A stretch of 64,000 nt of DNA from the human T2T-CHM13v2.0 reference genome, Homo sapiens, in NCBI RefSeq assembly GCF_009914755.1, contig NC_060926.1. One strand, written 5' to 3'. Made by a program: the position numbers and the translations under genes. This document shows, one piece after another, positions 27,200-40,924 of the stretch (its first letter is position 1; each line of letters starts with the position of its first letter). The notes below the pieces were generated by a model. It worked only from the letters and a program-made list of their open reading frames with translations, did not search any database and was not told the origin of the DNA.

Positions 27200-27695
27200 T
27201 CTAGAATTCAAGACATATCTTCATGTGGCCTTGGACCAACTCAGTTCTCCCTCATTTCTCCTGTAGTTCTCAAGGATAATTGTAGAATGTAGAATGTGCT
27301 GGGAATGCAACATTCTGAGACAAAGGGGAAAAAGCCTGGCTCTGTTCCTGTTTCTCAGAGAAATAGGATTTTCTTGAATGCTTTATCCCAGCATGTTGTG
27401 TTTCTCCAGAGGTATAAAACCCAGGTGGGCTCCCTCAGCTGTGGTGCAAGTGAGGCACATGTGGACAAGATTTCACCTATCCCGGACAGCTTTTCTGATG
27501 AGTCTTAAAAAGCCAGCTTGCCCTTGAATCCTAGGCTTCTGGGTTATTTACTGCCTACTTATGAGTAATAAATTTGCTTTGCTTAATTTGTTGTGTGAAT
27601 GCTCCTTCTCATTGGACTTGTGCAAGTAGTAGAAATTGCAGCCCAAGATGCAGTAAGCTGTAATTGTAACCAGTGCACAGAGAACATTGCATGTG
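27200..27695 (+). mobile_element. Solo LTR (ERVL-class, family uncertain)
   Basis: GTAGTTCTCAAGGATAATTGTAGAATG..TGCTGGGAATGCAACATTCTGAGA block, TATA-like GTATAAAA (~27412), AATAAA (~27567) followed by a GT-rich tract. Confidence 0.6.
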
Positions 27696-28349
27696 GAAAA
27701 CACTGAAAATAATAAGAATATACTAAAATAAATTGTATCGGATGAAATATAACTACAAATTCTTTTCTTTTCTGTTTTTTTCATCAAGTCTTTGCTTCCT
27801 CCACTTAAACTTGGATTGGTCTTGTGACTTTCTTTAACCAACACAATTAAGCAGAAATGGTGGTTCTGTGTCTGTCTTTGCACTACTATATCATTCTGGA
27901 ACCATGTCTGACATAGCATAGGTCCTCAAAATAAATATTTACTGAATAAATGAATAAAAATATAATGATGTTTGTTTTAACACTATTTGCCCTGTTGACA
28001 AGTGAGTTATCAAGACGTATACATTTTACTGAAAGGAAACTACATGTTTTACCTCTGTACTAAGACGTTTTCTAAATAAAACTTCTTACTAGAGCAAGCA
28101 GTATCCTCCTGTTTTTATGAGTCACCCTCTCTCCCAGAAGTTCAGAATTCTTGTGCTGGCTGTTCTACATCATAGCAGCAGCCTATGTTGAGTTCTTTAC
28201 TAGTGGTGTCCCACTGTCTTTTAAAATACATTCCTTGTTTTTATTTAAACCCCTGGAAGTCTCTGCCATGGCATGACGAGTAATAATAAGTTTATCAGAT
28301 AAATCAATCTCTGTCTCTGTATTAACCATGTAAGAGAAAACACAGAATA

Positions 28350-28585
28350 AAGATTAGGGGTTTGGAATCAGAAAGATTCTGATGTGAGTTATAACACTCA
28401 AGTTCAGCTAGTAAGGGTGGTGAATTTAGACCAGTATGAATTTAGACCATTATTTTATTTCTTGAGACTCATATGTAAATTGGGGAACATAATACTACCT
28501 AGTAAGGTGTTATAAGGATTAAAAGGAGCTATGTATATATAGTTTCTATTGTATAGTAAAGGGTTAACTTATTGTGGCTATTATA
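28350..28585 (+). mobile_element. MIR SINE
   Basis: TTTGGAATCAGA..CTCATATGTAAATTGGGGAACATAATACTACCT..GGATTAAA. Confidence 0.7.
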
Positions 28586-29448
28586 GGAACTGATTTTTCC
28601 CCAAATATCATATTGCCTTTTAGTAGATGTCTCCAAAAGAAGTTGAAAACTGTAATTGTGAGAGATAGGAGAGATCTTGGGTTAGGTGCCTCTTTCTAGA
28701 TAGCCATTTCCATCTCCTTCTCCTAGGGCTAACACTGCTTACTTTTAAAAAAGACACTTCCAGACATAAATGGTGAATTTTTGAACTATGGTTAACTAAT
28801 TCTAGCCAAACAGTTAAATTCTATTTCCAGGAATTCCTGTGATATTTGTATCTGCAGTAAATTAAGAATTATAAAATCTGAAATCATATTTATGGTAGCT
28901 GTTTTACAGTTCTGCTTCTATAATACATAAGCTTGATAGAATCTCTTGATGTGATTTTTTCTAAGCCCTACCGCTCAAATAATCATTTACTACTGTGACA
29001 ATCTACGTGTCTAGAAGAGTTTTAAATATGGATTGTTTAACAAGTTTCCCCTATTCTAACAAGCATTCTTCTTTTGTAGATTCTGCAGAAATGGAATCTG
29101 AACAGATCACCTTGAACGTATGAGGTTCAGGTGAAGAGCTGGATGAGGAGTAATTTAAAGCATGTTGAATTAACAAATAGCAAAACAGATAATATTCTTT
29201 GGTCCTTGTGAAAAAGTAGTTATAAAAAGATTTTTCCTAATTCCTGAAGTTTCTATTATTTAAAAATGAACTAAAATCTTAGAACCCATTTCAGATTACT
29301 TGGTTCATCTGGTCTCAGCTCAAAAAAGATGTTATCACTACTCCTTCAATAGCAAATTAACTCTTACTTGCTAGAGATATATATTTATAATTGAACTTCC
29401 TTTTATTGAAATTAGCTTCTGCAGAATCACAGCTGATGAATTCATCTT

Positions 29449-29785
<337 letters not shown>

Positions 29786-30613
29786 TGAATTCATCTTCTA
29801 TTACTATATTCTACAATTAAGAGTTTAGTTTTGAGGTTAGGTTTTATTTTTTTCACCCATAAAATTTAGAACATGGATTGTTAAACAGCACATTTGGAGT
29901 GCTTGCTGTTGAAACATATTGACTTCACTTTAGAAAGGGTAATTTAGGCTCTTTTGCTCTCCTGGTTTTTGGTTATGGCATTAAAGTTATGCTTTCATGC
30001 TGTGAAGATTTAATTAGTATTACAGTGAATATAACCAATGTTGATATTCAGATTACCCTCATATTTTCTCCCTCAACAATTATTGGGGAGCTATACTGGA
30101 AATCACATGAACTCATTACCTGTATTTGGTTTAGGAATAGCCTAACATTGTTTAAAAGAGAATGGCTTTAGAGTGCTCAAATTTTCCATAAAACTCTGTG
30201 TGCTCCATTTAAAAGAATCAGCTGTTCTACTTTTGTATGAGCTGTCCTCTGCTATGCTTACTCTGGTGGCAGGAATCACCTTTCTAAGGTGACACAGAGG
30301 CAGTAAAAGCCATTCGGTCAGTGCCAGTGATGTTCAGGTTACGTCTGTGACTGATCTCATCATTTTCAGTGCTTTATTCTTGAAATCCATTATCCATTCA
30401 GTAATATCATAACATTGGGGGAAAAAACTATTTCCTTTTGGGCTTCAACAGAATAAATTAAAATTATTTAGTTTGTATGTATCTGAAAGATATCCTAACA
30501 GGTCTGGCTAACTAAGTCAGCTTTTGTCACTCAACCAGCACACAGTCTTTACTATTTACAGCATTTGTAGCTTTTTTTTTTTTTCAGTCATTTCTTATAA
30601 ATTAACCAGATCA

Positions 30614-30682
30614 TAAAAAGCCTCAATGTTTAAAAATGTTATTTTGCTTTAAAAAGTCAATGTTTAAAAAGTTATTTTGCTT
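30614..30682. repeat. Tandem duplication, ~34 bp x2
   Basis: TAAAAAGCCTCAATGTTTAAAAATGTTATTTTGCTT followed by TAAAAAGTCAATGTTTAAAAAGTTATTTTGCTT. Confidence 0.9.
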
Positions 30683-31539
30683 CAATTGCTTTTTAGTAAA
30701 GATAATAATACTGTAGTTGACTCTGAAAGTTTTCTGATACCTAAAAGCCTGTCACAATGCAAATCAAACTATGTGAATCTGTTTCCAAAATAAAGTCAAA
30801 ATAAAAGAAGCAAGCCACTCAGTAGAGATTCAAGGTGGGGCTTAGGGGAATTTTAGACTTTTCCCAGTTTCCACTGGCACTTTTCACCTCACCTATGCAC
30901 CCGAATACATATTCACAGAGATGACTTCATCAATAACTTTCCTTCTCTTGTGTAAAATATTATGCAATGCTCCATCAAAGCTAGTATTCTAATCTCATCC
31001 CCTTCCTACATTTCTTCTTCATAAAAATTTGGTAACTTCCGCTGATATCACCCTCAGTTTCCTCCTATGTGGTCTGAAGACATTGAACTCGATGGCACAT
31101 GATCTGTTACGTCTTTACATTTCTATTATAAATGTTTTCATCCAGTGGTATGTCCAGATGAATAATGAGATTGAAGTGAGTTAAATAGTAAATGTAAAGT
31201 TTTCTGCAAAAAGTATATATGTGTAGGAAGTGTACACTGATGTTATTTCAGTGGTTTCTCATCCCTGAACTTGGAAGTGTTCTCTTTCTAGGTGGTGAAC
31301 ACTATACTAGTTATTGACTGCAATGAAACAAACATAGGAAACACATTTGTTTAAGGATATCACTTTCTACTGGAGAAGAAAGGACAAATACAAACACTGT
31401 ACATTGGATTACGAGACAGCAAAGAAGACTGGCCTGATATATATAAAACATGGTTCTTGTTCGTAAGAGATACTTAATAAACATATTTGTTTATTTAATA
31501 TTTTGGAGACATATATTTTGATTATTTTTTGTGTTCTGT

Positions 31540-32170
31540 ATCCCAGAAAATGATATCATTATCCCGCTTACTCAAACTAGAACCCTGGATTTCTTTGCTC
31601 TTTATTTCCTCCTTGTTCTTGCTTATTCTCCATAAGCATTCAATCACCTGCTGAACTTGTCTACTTCTTGCATCCCCACTCTACGACCATAGTTCAAACT
31701 ATTATTATTTCACTCCTAAATTATTGCAAAAGCTTAGCGCAGTTTATCTCGTTCCTTTTCTGATATTCTTCAATTTATCTTCTAAGCTTCATTCATACTA
31801 AATTTTTTTTCAGTTTTTAGAATTCCCCATGTTTTCTTATTTTTATATTTCTATACCTCTTGGTTTTTTTTTTTGTTACTAAGATACCATATCCCCTTCT
31901 TATGGTAAATTCGTTAACTTAGATATGACTTATTTCTAATATTTTTTGAGCTCTAAGATCTGGGTTAGGTGTCTTTCCTACATTCTTGTACACAAAATTG
32001 CACTACCTCTATAGTTATTGTCCCCAGATTACATTTTAATTGTCTGTTTGTATATTTGTATCAGTAACTACACCACAAACCCTCTGAGACCTAAAAATCT
32101 GTTTTGTCTAGTATTGTATCTTTAGCATATACAATTAAACCTGATATTCAGTAATCATTGATTGAACTGA
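31540..32170 (+). mobile_element. L2 fragments
   Basis: CTCAAACTAGAACCCTGGA..CATCCCCACT..ATTATTTCACTCCTAAATTATTGCAA..TCTGGGTTAGGTGTC..TATTGTATCTTTAGCA. Confidence 0.6.
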
Positions 32171-32184
32171 TAGATAGAGGATGA

Positions 32185-32378
32185 GGGTTGGCAAACTATG
32201 AGCTGTGGGCCAGCCAGCCATTTTTGTAAATAAATTTTTATTGGAACACAGTCATGCCCATTAGTGTATGAATTTTCTGTGGCTTTTTAGCACTACAGTA
32301 GCAGAGATACAAATTGGAGCAGACACTCTATGATCTGCAAATCTGAAATATTTACCATAAAAAGTTTGGTGACCATTG
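32185..32378 (+). mobile_element. MER58A hAT-Charlie MITE
   Basis: GGGTTGGCAAACTATG..TTTTGTAAATAAATTTTTATTGGAACACAGTCATGCCCATT..AAAAAGTTTGGTGACC. Confidence 0.85.
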
Positions 32379-32389
32379 TTACGGGGCTA

Positions 32390-33010
32390 TGCAAGTTTTT
32401 TATTTCTTCTTGAGGGAGCTATGGCAGTTTGTATCTTTCAAGAAATTTTCTCTTTCAAACTAAATTATCAAATTTATTAACATAAATTTGTTCAAAATAT
32501 TCCTAAATTATTCTTTTTAATATCTGAGGGTCTGCAGTGATTCTCCTTTTATATCCCCAATATTTATAATTTGTGTGTTCTCTGTTTTTTCATAATTAAT
32601 TTGACTAGAAGTTTATCAAATGTTTTGGTCTTTTAAAATAGCTAGATTTTAGTTTCAATGATCTCATTAACTTTTTCTGTTTTCAGTCTCACTGATGTAA
32701 GCTTTTATATTTATTATTTTATTCGTTCTGCTTGCTTAGGGTATAATTTGCTCTCTATTTCTAGTTTTTTTTTTTTTTTAAGGATATTTATCTTGCTTGG
32801 AGTTCCATGAGTGTCTTATCTATAGTTTGTTGTTTTTCATCACTTTTAGACAATTCTGAGCCATTAGGTTTTCAAATTTTCTTCTATTCTGTTCACTTTT
32901 TCATTTTGGATGTCAATTGCACATATGTTGGACCATTTGATGTAGTCACACGGTTCTTGGATGCTCTTTTCTCTTATTTTTCCTCTATTCCTTTTCTGTG
33001 TTTCTTTGTG
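32390..33010 (-). mobile_element. Old L1M fragment(s)
   Basis: T-rich antisense L1 blocks: GTTTGTATCTTTCAAGAAATTT, GACTAGAAGTTTATCAAATGTTTTGGTCTTTT, TTCTGCTTGCTTAGGGTATAATTTGCTCT. Confidence 0.7.
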
Positions 33011-33044
33011 TAATACTAATGTTTAAATTGGTAGGATTTTAATA

Positions 33045-33316
33045 CAGCAGATTACTATCTGAAATGTGGGTGGGCCCCATTCACTCAGCTGAAGGACTTA
33101 AGAAAACAAAAAATGACTGAGATCCTTTGAGGAAGAGGAAATTATGCCTCCAGATTGCCTGTGGACTTGAATTGCAAAATAAATTCTTCTCTGGGTCCCC
33201 AGCCTTCTGGCCTGCTCTTCAGATTTCAGACTTGCCAGCCCCCACAATTGCATGAATCAAGTACTTAAAATTAATCCTATTAATTCTTTTTCTCTGGAGA
33301 ATCCCAACTAATGCAA
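33045..33316 (+). mobile_element. ERVL LTR fragment (MLT2D-like)
   Basis: AATGTGGGTGGGCCCCATTCACTCAGCTGAAGG..TTCAGACTTGCCAGCCCCCACAATTGCATGA..TCTCTGGAGAATCCCAACTAATGCA. Confidence 0.8.
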
Positions 33317-33329
33317 GCCAACACAAACC

Positions 33330-34330
33330 CACCACCTAATCCCTGAGTCAGTGGTACATATTTTAGGTGTTTGTTACAGTAGCATCTCATTTCCCGTGCC
33401 AATTTCTGTTTCATTTACCTATTTCTGTGAATCATCTCGAAATTTAGGAGATTAAAATAATAACCATTTTACTTGCTCACAATTTGCATGTCAAAAATTT
33501 GGGTAAGGCAGGCCTGGATTATCTCTGCTCTGTGATATCTAAGACTTCATTTTGAGTGACTCAAATGGATGGAGGATATTGGAATGGTTTGATTTAGACC
33601 ATGTGTCTGTGGCCTTAGTCTCGGATGACAGGTACATTGCTTCATTCTCTTTTATATATCAATGTGTCTAACTTGAACATCTTCACTGCATAGCCATTTC
33701 AGTGTCTCAAAAAGATTTCAATATACAAGCACTTACCAAGACTCTGCTCACATCATATTTGCTATATTGGTCTGCTCAAGCTTCCATAACAAAAGGCCAC
33801 AGGTAAAGTGGTGTAAACAAAAGAAATTTATTTCTCACTGTTCTGGAGTCTGGAAGTCTGAGATCAAGGTACCCTCAAGGTTGGTTTCTCTTGAGCCCTC
33901 TTTCCTTGTCTTTCCATCCTCTCTCTGTGTCCTCACATGACTTTTTCTCTGTGCACTCACATCCCTGGTATCTTTTTCTCTTCTCATAAGGACACTAGTC
34001 CTATTTGAATAAGGCCCCACCGTCTAGGCTCCAGAAGAGAGAAAAATAAATTGCTACTGTTTGTATATTATCTTGTCTAAAGTATTTTGTTATAGTATTC
34101 CAAGTGGACTAAGATACTTTTGTAAAGGCTCAGTCTTCAAATATAGTTACATTGGGGGTTAGGGCTTCAACCTGCAAATTTTGGAGAGCTGGTATAATTC
34201 AGTCCATAATATTTTCCAGTGTCCCATTTGGCAAAGCAGGATACATGGCCAAGCCCAGAGTCAACTTGGAAGGTAGACCAGTATACTGGGGGCAGGAAGA
34301 CTGGAGATGTGGTGCAATAGGTTTCCATCA
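33330..34330 (-). mobile_element. Old MaLR LTR (MLT1F/G-like) with adjoining internal start, split by a younger MLT1
   Basis: ..CCAATTTC|TGTTTCATTTACCTATTTCTGTG..TTAAAATAATAACCATTTTACTTGCTCAC; resumes near 34212 with TCCCATTTGGCAAAGCAGG..CATGGCCAAGCCCAGAGTCAA. Confidence 0.6.
33762..34210 (-). mobile_element. MaLR LTR (MLT1A/B-like) nested in the older MLT1
   Basis: CCATAACAAAAGGCCACAGG..GAAATTTATTTCTCACTGTTCTGGAGTCTGGAAGTCTGAGATCAAGG..GGGGTTAGGGCTTCAAC..ATTCAGTCCATAA. Confidence 0.8.
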
Positions 34331-34696
34331 ATATTGTGCCAATTGGAGAAAGATGTATTTACAGCTCAGAGAAACAGCTGCTTTCTGACAATCATTTTAT
34401 TTATTTATTTTTTACATAATTGCTTTTGTGGTCTCCTTTTCTGCAATGTCAGTCAGCGCAACGTATCTTATTTACCTTTGTAATTGCTTCACAGGGTACA
34501 CATTAACCTACTACTCATAGGTCAAAAATGTCCTATCAAGCAATTTATTTAAAGAGGGGAGCAATGAGGAAGTTAATAGATTTTTAAAGCAAATTAAAAC
34601 TCTCTTGTTGCCATTACAGTGTGAGAGATTAAATAAGTACCTCTTCATATTTCACTCACAGAAATTATCCTAAATGATTTGGTCAAATTTTAAATT

Positions 34697-35466
34697 TGTG
34701 GAAAAGTGTAATTCAACGTCCTGGCCAAAGACTACCAAGAACACATATGTATTTGAGCAAGGTGGGTTTATTATTTATTGCAGTGAAGGAGAATGGACAT
34801 CACAACAAACCATTGGGGTATTTTAGTCAGGATGTTATACGAGAGTTACTTCAGCCTGGGCAACAGGGTGATACCCCATCTCTACCAACAATAAAAAATT
34901 AGCTATACATGATGGCGTGCACCTGTGGGCCCAGCTACTCAGGCGGCTGAGGTAGGAGAATCACTTGAGCCCAGGTCGTCAAGGCTGTTGTGAACCATGT
35001 TTGTGTCACTGCACTCCAGCCTGGGCAACAGAGCATGACCCTGTCAAAAAAAAAAAAGCGAGTTACTACTGGATTTCAGCTTTGGTTTGGTGATTTGGGG
35101 AAGGGCCCAAGGAATTGAGGGTTTGGTATAGATTGGGTGTTGTCCAAAAATGGGTAACATGGAAATGAGGACTCCTCTCTGTACTTAATGTACCTAATCA
35201 TCAGGTACTAAACAGATCATATCTTTAAACCTGTGATTGATAAAGCATTCGTATTAGCTGGGAATGGGGAATGTTTGGGATTTTGCACTTGAACAGTGTT
35301 CATATTTTCTGTGTTCAAACATCATTACAAAGTGGTCTTGTTTTGCCTTGATCTATCATGGTCAGAGAGTAGTCTTGTCTAGTGTTAATGTTCTGTGAAA
35401 CTTCATGTTCAATAGGAGAGCACCAAGGCTAGCTGTCTGTATGTCAGGGGCTGCGTTTTCTTTCTA
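34697..35466 (-). mobile_element. Old ERV1-type solo LTR (MER89/MER90/MER110-like, uncertain) split by an Alu
   Basis: TGTGGAAAAG start, GGGTTTATTATTTATTGCAG (AATAAA on minus), AAGTGGTCTTGTTTTGCCTTGATCTATCATGGTCA. Confidence 0.45.
34852..35057 (+). mobile_element. 5'-truncated AluJ
   Basis: Starts at CAGCCTGGGCAACA; J-type TTGAGCCCAGG..CAAGGCTG; poly(A); TSD GAGAGTTACT/GCGAGTTACT. Confidence 0.9.
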
Positions 35467-37394
35467 GCTAATGTTATTTCATTCTAGATCAGTTGGGAAC
35501 ATAATAGAAACTGCTGTTTCAATATGTTCCAAGTAAATCTTTCATATGACAAATAAGAAACTATTTGGAGTTTATCTGCGTTAGTTCCATGTTTTATTCT
35601 TTTGATTTCCTGGCTTTGACATCGAGTGAGTTTCATAAAATCCATAGGGGAAATTCCTTCCAGGTTTGCACAGTCTGGATGGAGTACTTCTCCTTATTTT
35701 CAAGGAGTATATTTTGGAGATTCATACGTTATGTGGTGCTGCTTCTAGGCAAAATTTGAGCAAATCAAGGCTTTTTGTTGTGGTGGTGTTACAACATTCC
35801 TTGTTATTTTTCTCTCATATCATTCTGTGAGCACTCCCTTCTGTCACTCTAGGTAGTCAGAATCTAGACTCTGCCTCTGAAGCACCACCCTCAGCCTGTC
35901 CTTTTGAGCTGAGTGCTTTGGGCCTTTCCTCCTTAATTACCCATCAGGATATACTTGCCCTGCTCCATTTCCTTAGTTCCCACAGCTACATCAAAAATTT
36001 GGCTAACAAATCCTTGTTAATGCTTTATTACTTTTTTAACACTTCATGACAAATCCGATTTTATTGTGCCTTCCTGGAAAAAAATCTTTTGACTTCAAAA
36101 TACGAAGCCTTTCTGGACTGGAAGTATATGAGTTATTTGGGTCAAACAGATCACTTTTCTCCCCCTCAAATTTCCCAAACAAAGCTGGTGGCTTTCTATC
36201 CTGTTCGTTCTGGTTGCTGACTATTCTTTTTATACAAATCAGAGTAAGAGGATTTGCTTATTAATGTTCTGCCAGGCCTTGAACTATGAAACTAGCATCT
36301 TCATTCTGGGAAGGGTTTAAAGGACACTTTGTACTTTGGAATACCAGTTTCTTATAGGGGATAAAGGAAAGTATCTTTCATTATTTAATTACTTATTTTC
36401 AAACAATAATGTTTCTGTCTCTCTGAATCATATTTTTTTATTTGAGATACAGGATTATTCTGATTTTAGTAATAAGTGCAAATAGTTACTTAACTCAGCA
36501 GATGGTTACTATCATTTTCTTCAACAACAACAACAAAAAGATCTCTCTTATCAAAAAGAAAATGCTCTGTGGAGAGAATTCAAAGAAAAAATCATAATAT
36601 TTATAGGATGATTAATTATTTTTATCAATTTGCCTTGACATCAAAGAGGATTTCACACATCCTGAGAATACCACATGGCCTCCCTAATTGTTAGATTTCT
36701 CTCCAGAGATGAAAAAATTTAAATAGTTTCACTACTGAGTAATTTATTTAACATGTGTGCTAGAATGATTTCCAGTGGTTATTGGAAGTTATCTCTTTGC
36801 AATATTAATTGCAGAAAAAGGCTTTCAACTGCTAATGTAGCAAAACAGATCAGGTGGTTCCCATCATTTGGAGTATGTGCTCTACTTGAGGGATGATGAA
36901 TGGGCGGGGTACCTATCAAAGAATATATTAAAAGATGCATGTAATTCCTGACATTTCTAGGGAAGAAAGATGGCTTTACCATGGTTTTTATAAGAAGACT
37001 AAATAAATAAAAATGGGGACTTTAGGAGAGACAATTACTCAAATTTGAGTTTCAAAATACTTATTAATTAATGCAGAAAATTTGGGCAATACTAGTTAAC
37101 GGTACAAAAATATAAACTTTATAATGCATTCATGAAAAGAATAAAGCTCAGAACTAACCTCCTAGACAAATGTAGGATGTCATGTAAAAATCTGCACCAA
37201 ATTCAGGATTGCCTGTATTCAGGAAAATCTAGCTGTTAGAAGTAAATGGCAAAGATAATTTTTATCACAGCTTTTGGAGGAATTAACTACACTATGATCT
37301 TATTGGGACTAACCTCAAAGTGTATAATGATTTGTAATACAAAATTCTCCAGGTCAAACTATAACCAAACTCCAACTAACACTGTTGGTTACCT

Positions 37395-37858
37395 GTGCTA
37401 GGGTTCTCCAGAGAAAAAGAACAAATAGAATATATAGGAAGAGATTTATTATGAGAATTGGCTCACATAATTATGGAAGATGAGAAGTCTCATGATCTGC
37501 AAGTTGGAGACCCAGAAGAGCTGATGGTGTAATTTAGTCTAAGTTTGAAAATCCAAGAATCTGGTAAACCAATGGTGTAAATCCCAGTCGAAGAACAAGT
37601 AAAGACTGATGTTCCAGCTAAAGCAGGAAGACAGAAGCAAAAAGAGGTGAATTCATTTTTCCTTTACCTTTAGTTCTATTTAAGCCCTCAAGGAATTGAA
37701 TGATGCCCAAACACATTAGGGAGGATAACCTACTTTACTGAGTCCATTGATTCAAACACTAGTTTCACCTGGAAACTCCTTCACATATAAATTCAGAAAT
37801 ATTGTTTAAACTGGACACCCCTGGTTCAGTTAAGTTGACACATAGAATTAATCATCAT
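37395..37858 (-). mobile_element. ERVL solo LTR (MLT2B-like)
   Basis: GGGTTCTCCAGAGAAAAAGAAC..GAGATTTATTATGAGAATTGGCTCAC..GAGAAGTCTCATGATCTGC..AAGTTGACACATAGAATTAATCATCA. Confidence 0.85.
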
Positions 37859-38462
37859 ATAACCTTTTTTAAACAGGAATATTATTAATGATTTACTCCA
37901 ACAAATTAATTTTCTCATGAAATCCACTCTATATTAAACTAAAGTTTATAAAGATTTACATTTTAAATAAAATTTACATTTTCTTTAGATAGATAAAATT
38001 ATGAAACACTTTTACGTTGTTATGTGACATTTATTTATGTAATAAACTACATCCTCTGATTAATGAGTATGTCAAACATATTGTTACTTCACTTCTGGAA
38101 TTCTAGTCTGAGGCACAAGGTTAATACTAATTTAACCTCAGAAACATATCCACTTTTGATAAAATATTCCATTTAGAAAAATGCCCCATATTCATTGAAG
38201 TCAACTGGTAAAAAAATATAGGTCATCAAATTGGAGAACACAGATCTTGTTAAAAACTGCTGCATTATAAAATTATATATATATATTTCATTATGTATTT
38301 TGAATTCTATCATTAAATTAAATTAGACTTCCAGAATGCTCCAATTTTGAATAGGAAGCTGCAGAAATATGTCTTCATCTAAACATTTTATTGATAGTGT
38401 ATAGAGTTTTAGTGTCTTTGTGCTTCTTTTTTGCGTGGGCTTCTAGATGGTTCAAACCAAGT

Positions 38463-38464
<2 letters not shown>

Positions 38465-38522
<58 letters not shown>
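38465..38522. repeat. (AT)29 microsatellite
   Basis: Pure AT run. Confidence 0.98.
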
Positions 38523-38525
<3 letters not shown>

Positions 38526-38749
38526 TCTGGGGAACCAATGGTATAAATCACAGTCTGAAGACAGGTAAAGATTGTCATATACATACGTATATGTATATAT
38601 ATAATATATTATTTTTTTAGCTTCAAGAAGTGGAATTTTTAAGTGTGTAAAACACACACCAGCATTGTCAAACTATGTAGGCTCTCAAAGAAGATTACAG
38701 CACCTAAAGGGTCTATAAATGAAGGCATTTTAGTAGTTTTGATCGTTTA

Positions 38750-39372
38750 GTACTTTCAGCAGCTGTAACAAAGATAACAGTGGATTTCAAAATCTAGAAT
38801 TTATTTCTCACTCATGTATAGTTTAAGCATAAGAAGTCCAGAACTTGAACTATGATTATACAAGGATCCAGAGCCTTTCTGTCTTGTTGCTTTACTTCTA
38901 CCTTGTGTATTGCCAAAGGTGTGCAAGTAAACTGGCTCTTTGAGAAAAAATTACTGATTTGTATTATTTGCTGATTTTTGTTGCATAAATACTCCCACAA
39001 TAGCCAATTTTAGGGTGTCAATGGTTCAAACACTGGATTGCAAAATTCCAGCTCTGGCATAAGTTAGCTCCAGCACACTACTGGGAAATGCCCTCAACCT
39101 CATGTTTAAGAAGGCTCATCAGCAGTCCCGCATTACGGCCAGAGGAAGAAGTCCTTTCGCTTATGAGTGTGACTTGATGTGGTACACATCATTTCCATTT
39201 ACATCCTGCTAGTGAGAAGTCAATTACGTGTGCATGCCTAGCAGAAAAATAGGCTAGGAAATGTAGTCTTTAGTCAGTCTACTTGATTATGTGTCTAGCT
39301 AAAAACTAGATATTTGGTTCTTATGGAAAAAAAGGAAGAAAAGACATTGGTGAACAATAGCAGATTTTGCCA
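38750..39372 (-). mobile_element. Old MaLR LTR (MLT1I/J/K-like), interrupted by MER63
   Basis: CAGCTGTAACAAAG..ACAGTGGATTT..ATTTATTTCTCACTCATGT; later CATCATTTCCATTTACATCC..GGCTAGGAAATGTAGTCTTT. Confidence 0.55.
38912..39084 (+). mobile_element. MER63-like hAT-Blackjack MITE
   Basis: Terminal inverted ends CCAAAGGTGTGC..GCTCCAGCACACTACTGG; internal TGATTTGTA..TAAATACTCCCAC. Confidence 0.7.
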
Positions 39373-40373
39373 CAAATATGCATTAACATCAGTGTCAATT
39401 TATAGTCATAATTATAAGAGGGACAATAATGACTGAAATGAAGCAAGTTGATATGAATAAGTTAATATAAGATAGCTGTTAATTTGAAATGATTTTTCCA
39501 TTTCAAGTAACAAAGAAATGAATAATAACCAAAGTGCCTAATTAATAACAGGCAAAGAACAGTGCAGTGCTAAGTTAAAACAATGACAGAATGATAGATG
39601 TTCCAGAAGTTAAATATGATCTGTGTGCACTAATTATCATTATATGTTTTTCTGAAGGTTCTCTGATTGACATTTTAAAACATTTATTAAAAATTGCATT
39701 ACAGTAGAACGGTTTAAGAAAAAAAATTGAACATTGAGAAGTCTTTCCCATTCCCCAACTGTCTAAAAACAAATCAACAATGACAGTTTGAGAATTTTAT
39801 ATTCCTAAGAGTTCAGATAGAAGAGTAAGATATCTATGGGAGGTTGTTTATAACCATAGTTGAACAACGGAGCTGGATTTTTTATTAAAAAAAAAAAAAC
39901 ACGAAAGTCCATGACAATCAGTACATTTCGTATAAGATTCTAGAGTTTGCATTAAAAGTACATTTATATTCCTGGATTACATTCTTCAGACCCACAAATC
40001 AAAATATCACCTCTATGCTAATCAGTGATACTGCCTACAATGTGCTACACCACCCTCCTTCAGCAAAACACCACCTATTAGACCTCCTCACATTCTGTAA
40101 GCCATTAAACTATAACCTGAAAGAGTGGTTACATTGACCTTCTTTCCTTAAGAGATTTGTCTCATGATTCTCAATCACATCAGATGTTTATTAATTTATA
40201 TGTTGCAATTCTTCTGTTGTTTTAGGGGGAAAATTCCAAAAAGGGGATATTTTATATGGTTTTTTCACTTTCTCTTGTTGAATAAATTAAAAATAAAACT
40301 CTTCCTCCTAATGTAAAGAATTGACACTAGAATAGCTTTCATGTATGTAAATCTGTTTTTCTTATATGTATGA

Positions 40374-40740
<367 letters not shown>

Positions 40741-40924
40741 ATTCTATTATTTTTTTATTCTGAGACTCTGAGTCACTAAAGGCATAGAGATGCTATTTTC
40801 AGTTTTTAAAATCACTATCAAACTTTCATCATTATTATTATTATTTGCCTGATACAGCTACTCATCCTCCTGTCTATGTAATACTTATTTTTTGTGTGTT
40901 TTTAATAGAGTTGATCTTTTTAAA

